A DNA stretch of 64,000 bases from Cyclobacteriaceae bacterium. GTDB taxonomy: Bacteria; Bacteroidota; Bacteroidia; Cytophagales; Cyclobacteriaceae. Both the position numbers and the translations under genes were made by a program. This document shows, piece by piece, positions 61,101-64,000 of this stretch (positions are counted from its first letter, which is position 1; each line of letters opens with the position of its first letter). The notes below the pieces were generated by a model. The model had not been told where the DNA came from. It saw only the letters and a list, made by a program, of their open reading frames with translations, and did not search any database. The stretch covers positions 1,566 through 65,565 of the forward strand of contig JBBDSA010000080.1 in NCBI GenBank assembly GCA_040905165.1. The letters run 5' to 3'.

Positions 61101-64000
61101 TAGTCTGTTCCCAACCTAAGAAAGGCACTCAGCTCACCATTCTGTGCATCCTGGCTTTCGGCATGTAAAAACATTTTTAACCGGCCATATTGTACCAGGT
61201 CCTGGTCTACATTTTTAAATACAGCCCTTGAATCCCTGCTTTGGAGGTTGTCTACGCATAACCTGAGGGATTGCTCGTTGAGTTGCCTTTCAACAGTAGA
61301 GGTGTTGTCACGGTCCCTGAAAATTCCGGGTGGTAATACATAAGGACTTTGGTTTTCACTTCCCTGACCGTTTTCTTCGATATTGATTACACCCACCGTG
61401 AAATTGGAGTTGTCCGGTTCAGGAATTTCAGAAAAGCCTCTTTCAAAAAGTGATTCCTGAAATATTCTCCATTGGCTTCCTACCAGTCTAAAATGCCCCA
61501 TTCTGATGACCACAGGTTGCTGAAAATCAGTAAGGTAGGTCCTGATGAACCGAATGGATTTGTAACCGGATATTCCCCCGTAAGCTTTGTCCGGTTGTCT
61601 GACAGGGATTCTAAATAGGTACCAGTTTACCTCTTCACCGTTTTCAATATGGCGGACCTGGTCCACAATGTTGTTTTCTCCCACTTCCATGCCTTCTGGC
61701 TGAAGGTTTACTTCATATTCGTAATAACTTTCTACTTCATTGAGGGTATTGTCATTGTTTAGGTCCTCATTATCCGGGATATTGGATCCGGAAGGAGAAT
61801 AGGGTAGATTGGTATTTGAAGTAATGGGGGTATTACCTTCCATTCCATTGAAACGTTTGTACCGTTCAAGTATTTTAATATTATTCTGATCGAAGCCGGG
61901 ATCAAGGTAATATTGAAAATCGTCTGCCGCAGGATCGGCCATGATGGATTCCATTGCCTGTGGGGAAACATTGAGTCGGTTCAAAAATCTTTCCTGATAA
62001 AATACTGTTTCTTCTTCACTGCTCAATCCATTCAAACCTATGTCCTGGTTCTCCCTGGCTTCCGGTGAATTATCAAAGGCTGGTGTCAAAAATTGTTGGT
62101 TGGTTACCCTTCCCCATTCATTGACAGAAGTACGGTCTTCACCGCCATCTACCGGAAGTCCATTTTCGAAGGCATGCCGGCTATCCACTACAACATCTTC
62201 AGATATTTCACCGAGGTTGAAAACCAATTTTCCTCCTGTAGTATTGTTTTCATTAAATCTTCCGTCCAACACCCGTCCATTGGGCCCCTCGATAAAGGGG
62301 TCCATCATCCAAAATTCTATGTATTCGATATTGGTCCTGTCAAAATCGACTTCAGAGGTGATGGCCCTGGTGATGGCTCCGAAATTTTCTCGGGGATTGG
62401 GTAATAAACCATTGGGATCCAAGGAGGTATTGAAATTGTACATTCCCCTTTCATGTGGGAAAAATGCCATTTCGAAAAGTGGTTCTGGGGTAATCAATAC
62501 ATCCCTGTTTCTTCCAGGGAAGATTTCCTGGGGCAATACCCTTCTTACATAGTGATTTCTTCGGTCATCATTGGTAATATTCTCGGGAACACCTCTTCCA
62601 GATGGTCTGTAAAAAACATTGTCAATATTGTACCAGGCTAATTTGGCTCTTTTGTAGGCATTGCCTAACCGGTCTTCTGTTAGCTGGCTCAGATCAAATC
62701 GGTTGTCATCAGTGGCCGGGGTGGCGCCAAGTTTCCAATTTTGGGGAGAAGATCCCAGGTTAAAAGGAATAATAGCGGTCTCAAAATCATCGATATAAGA
62801 GGCCCCTTCACCATCTACCTGGTTAGAGGTACCTGGGATAAGGTGGGCAAATTCTCCACTGAACTGAACTAGGGAGGCTTCTTTGGTTTCGGTAAAGGGG
62901 AGGGCATCGGCCAATTTTGTTAAAAAAAGCGATTCGTCACTGTAATTCACATCCATACCCCAAAGACTATTTCTTAGGGTTTCGCTGCCGGTGCTGATTC
63001 TTGAAATATTTGGCCTTTCATTAAGGTATAAAAAAGTACCTCCAAGGTTAAAATTTTCATTGAACATATAGTCCAGGCGGGTACCTAAAAGACTTCTTGT
63101 TTGAAATGATACCAGATCAGCCTTTTCAAAGCTGATGCTGATTTTTTTTCCTGACTGCAGAATACCTTCATTGATGATGACCAGCCTGCCGGTATTATAG
63201 TCAATGGTATAATCCACCCCTTCTGTAAGTGGGATGTTTCCGGCGGTAACCAACACAGATCCTTCAGAAATATTTAATCCGGGAAGCATAATTTCAGAGG
63301 CAGAACCGGAGGTGAAACTTCCCTTTATAAAATACTTATTGAGTCGGGTTACCAGCTCCGCATCTGCCTGGGTGGTGTTATACAAAGTATCATAAACATA
63401 TTTATCAACGAGGTTGACTTCCGAAGGGAGGAAGTATTCTTCCAAAGTTTCTCCAAATGGCTCAAGTACAGGAAAAATCACCAAGCCCTGTTGGGGGCTT
63501 ATGGTTAGCCCCTGCACATAATCAAAATTGCCATCAGGTTGGGGGTCATTTTGAGGATTGAGCTTGTCAAGTTTTAATAAGCGGATAAGGGGAATATCTT
63601 TTACATTCTCTCCTTCCAAAAGACTTGGGTTGTCCAGGCCTGTCCTGTCGTCCCTATAGATGACCTGAAGCTGGAAACCTTCTTTTTGAATCTGATTGGC
63701 ATTTAGGTTATAGATGTTTTTCATCATCAGGTCCCAGGAAGGTATCTGGGTATTGATCCGGGAGGGCCTGAGCATTTTTAAAAAAATGACTTCGTTTTCT
63801 GACCTGTTCTGATAATCCTCAGATAGTTCTCCTACTTTGTAACTTTGCCCATTATAGGTGTATTCATAAGAAACGGCGATGACCTCATCATTTTGGAGTT
63901 TTCTGAAAAGGCTGAAATAGCCCAATTCCCTGTGAAATGAATATTCATTTTCATTTAGTTTTCTGGCTCCGTTTACCTGCTCAAAATCAGTACTTCTATC
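58184..64000 (-). CDS. sprA: T9SS translocon SprA/Sov (5' part outside window)
   Basis: Frame is open to the window edge (>1900 aa). Motifs [52 protein letters not shown] and PLPNW. Upstream of gcvH. Confidence 0.95.
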   Translation of the reverse strand, partial: DRSTDFEQVNGARKLNENEYSFHRELGYFSLFRKLQNDEVIAVSYEYTYNGQSYKVGELSEDYQNRSENEVIFLKMLRPSRINTQIPSWDLMMKNIYNLNANQIQKEGFQLQVIYRDDRTGLDNPSLLEGENVKDIPLIRLLKLDKLNPQNDPQPDGNFDYVQGLTISPQQGLVIFPVLEPFGETLEEYFLPSEVNLVDKYVYDTLYNTTQADAELVTRLNKYFIKGSFTSGSASEIMLPGLNISEGSVLVTAGNIPLTEGVDYTIDYNTGRLVIINEGILQSGKKISISFEKADLVSFQTRSLLGTRLDYMFNENFNLGGTFLYLNERPNISRISTGSETLRNSLWGMDVNYSDESLFLTKLADALPFTETKEASLVQFSGEFAHLIPGTSNQVDGEGASYIDDFETAIIPFNLGSSPQNWKLGATPATDDNRFDLSQLTEDRLGNAYKRAKLAWYNIDNVFYRPSGRGVPENITNDDRRNHYVRRVLPQEIFPGRNRDVLITPEPLFEMAFFPHERGMYNFNTSLDPNGLLPNPRENFGAITRAITSEVDFDRTNIEYIEFWMMDPFIEGPNGRVLDGRFNENNTTGGKLVFNLGEISEDVVVDSRHAFENGLPVDGGEDRTSVNEWGRVTNQQFLTPAFDNSPEARENQDIGLNGLSSEEETVFYQERFLNRLNVSPQAMESIMADPAADDFQYYLDPGFDQNNIKILERYKRFNGMEGNTPITSNTNLPYSPSGSNIPDNEDLNNDNTLNEVESYYEYEVNLQPEGMEVGENNIVDQVRHIENGEEVNWYLFRIPVRQPDKAYGGISGYKSIRFIRTYLTDFQQPVVIRMGHFRLVGSQWRIFQESLFERGFSEIPEPDNSNFTVGVINIEENGQGSENQSPYVLPPGIFRDRDNTSTVERQLNEQSLRLCVDNLQSRDSRAVFKNVDQDLVQYGRLKMFLHAESQDAQNGELSAFLRLGTDYTDNYYEIELPLAITPPGTRDNRQIWPLENEIDIGIDELVGVKAERDNNQRPQNLPYSIQVRQYKVTVVGRPELNFVQGMMIGIKNPGNTGGASKSVCVWANELRATDFNKSSGWAANARLNAQIADVAVISSSIRHNSFGFGGLETRLSERARESTTQYDISANVNVDKILPQGLGISIPLYVSLENSTTKPEFDPLNPDVPFELALQKFRTDGEKVAYQNLVLDQSKRKNFSLNNIRKIRNPEKETNRIYDLENFSLSYAFGSVIQSNIQMERYEFETYRGSIAYNFQPNPMIVEPFKNMGFLAGDHLQLLRDFNINFSPSLVSARVDVDRRFMRTQNRNDQLSTAGVDPLFQKSFFINRFYSLNWDLTENLSFDLNSSVNAVVDEPEGDLDTEGKLDSLRNNIRRLGRTTNYNHQAVVNYSLPLDKSPLTDWIKADVRYEGTYAWMTGSLGQRDTLGNVIQNTRDRSVTGKLDLIQLYNKNKRLNALNAPKRPTIPGRQPAASEEEESDEPLTEGFSADLLKFLMMVKEVNFRYQITQGTFLPGYLENTGLFGMDRSFMNPGLGFLLGSQNSNIRNDLANRGVMASSTALTQTFRQSEVRNLQMSSLVEPIKDFRITLDIRKRENGDYSEIFRRSSPGSENYTSINPNRAGAYSISYNVIKTVFAKDDAQNNSPLFSDFENYRGIIQSRLETENPGGAYNINGQNVLVPAFLAAYSGQAAESVSLNPFPKFPLPNWRLEYRGLARLPALSDYFSSINLTHNYASAYEVSNFSNSLLYQEGLELYNTLQQLPLASLTDEFGSYIPILILNQVVIWERFAPLIGVDLLTKDRMNISFEYNTERNIGLNFSNAQVTEQNSQDFRFDLGYTKAGVRVPFKIQGRQQILNNDLTIRISTRIVDTKTIQRKIEEINTLTNGNLNIQVRPSIGYVVNQKLNVQFYFDRTINDPKVSTAFRRSSTAFGGQLTFNLSQ

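Overview
Core-chromosome window from a Bacteroidota bacterium, most likely order Cytophagales (Cyclobacteriaceae-like). The assignment is inferred from the rpoA-rplQ-carA-eno synteny, fused ccoNO, T9SS genes porU/porV/sprA, many TAnnTTTG -7 promoter boxes and A-rich leaders lacking Shine-Dalgarno motifs. It holds about 50 genes: end of the alpha operon, carA, eno, ftsB-like/cysE/cysM, a complete cbb3 oxidase cluster (ccoI-S-NO-Q-P-G-H plus a DsbD_2 protein), rimO, rplM-rpsI-rpsB-tsf, a PhoB/PhoR-like pair, recA, queA, two cation/H+ antiporters, a porU-porV operon, an Omp85-like multidomain protein, yicC, and tonB-vanZ-gcvH-sprA (sprA truncated by the window edge). I saw no rRNA, tRNA, CRISPR array, transposase, integrase or prophage gene. 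I cannot demonstrate a clearly novel multi-gene system. The best leads are: (1) an unannotated ~75-nt promoter-to-terminator unit (candidate sRNA) beside an orphan asparagine-synthetase-like amidoligase that lacks its glutaminase Cys; (2) matching tandem FNR-like sites, 22 bp apart, at two promoters ahead of the cbb3 cluster; (3) a two-gene accessory pair between cysM and the cco cluster; (4) two catalytically degenerate peptidase-like proteins in the T9SS neighbourhood; (5) a sigma54-type promoter for a DUF3108 gene. All family assignments come from motif recognition, not database searches.
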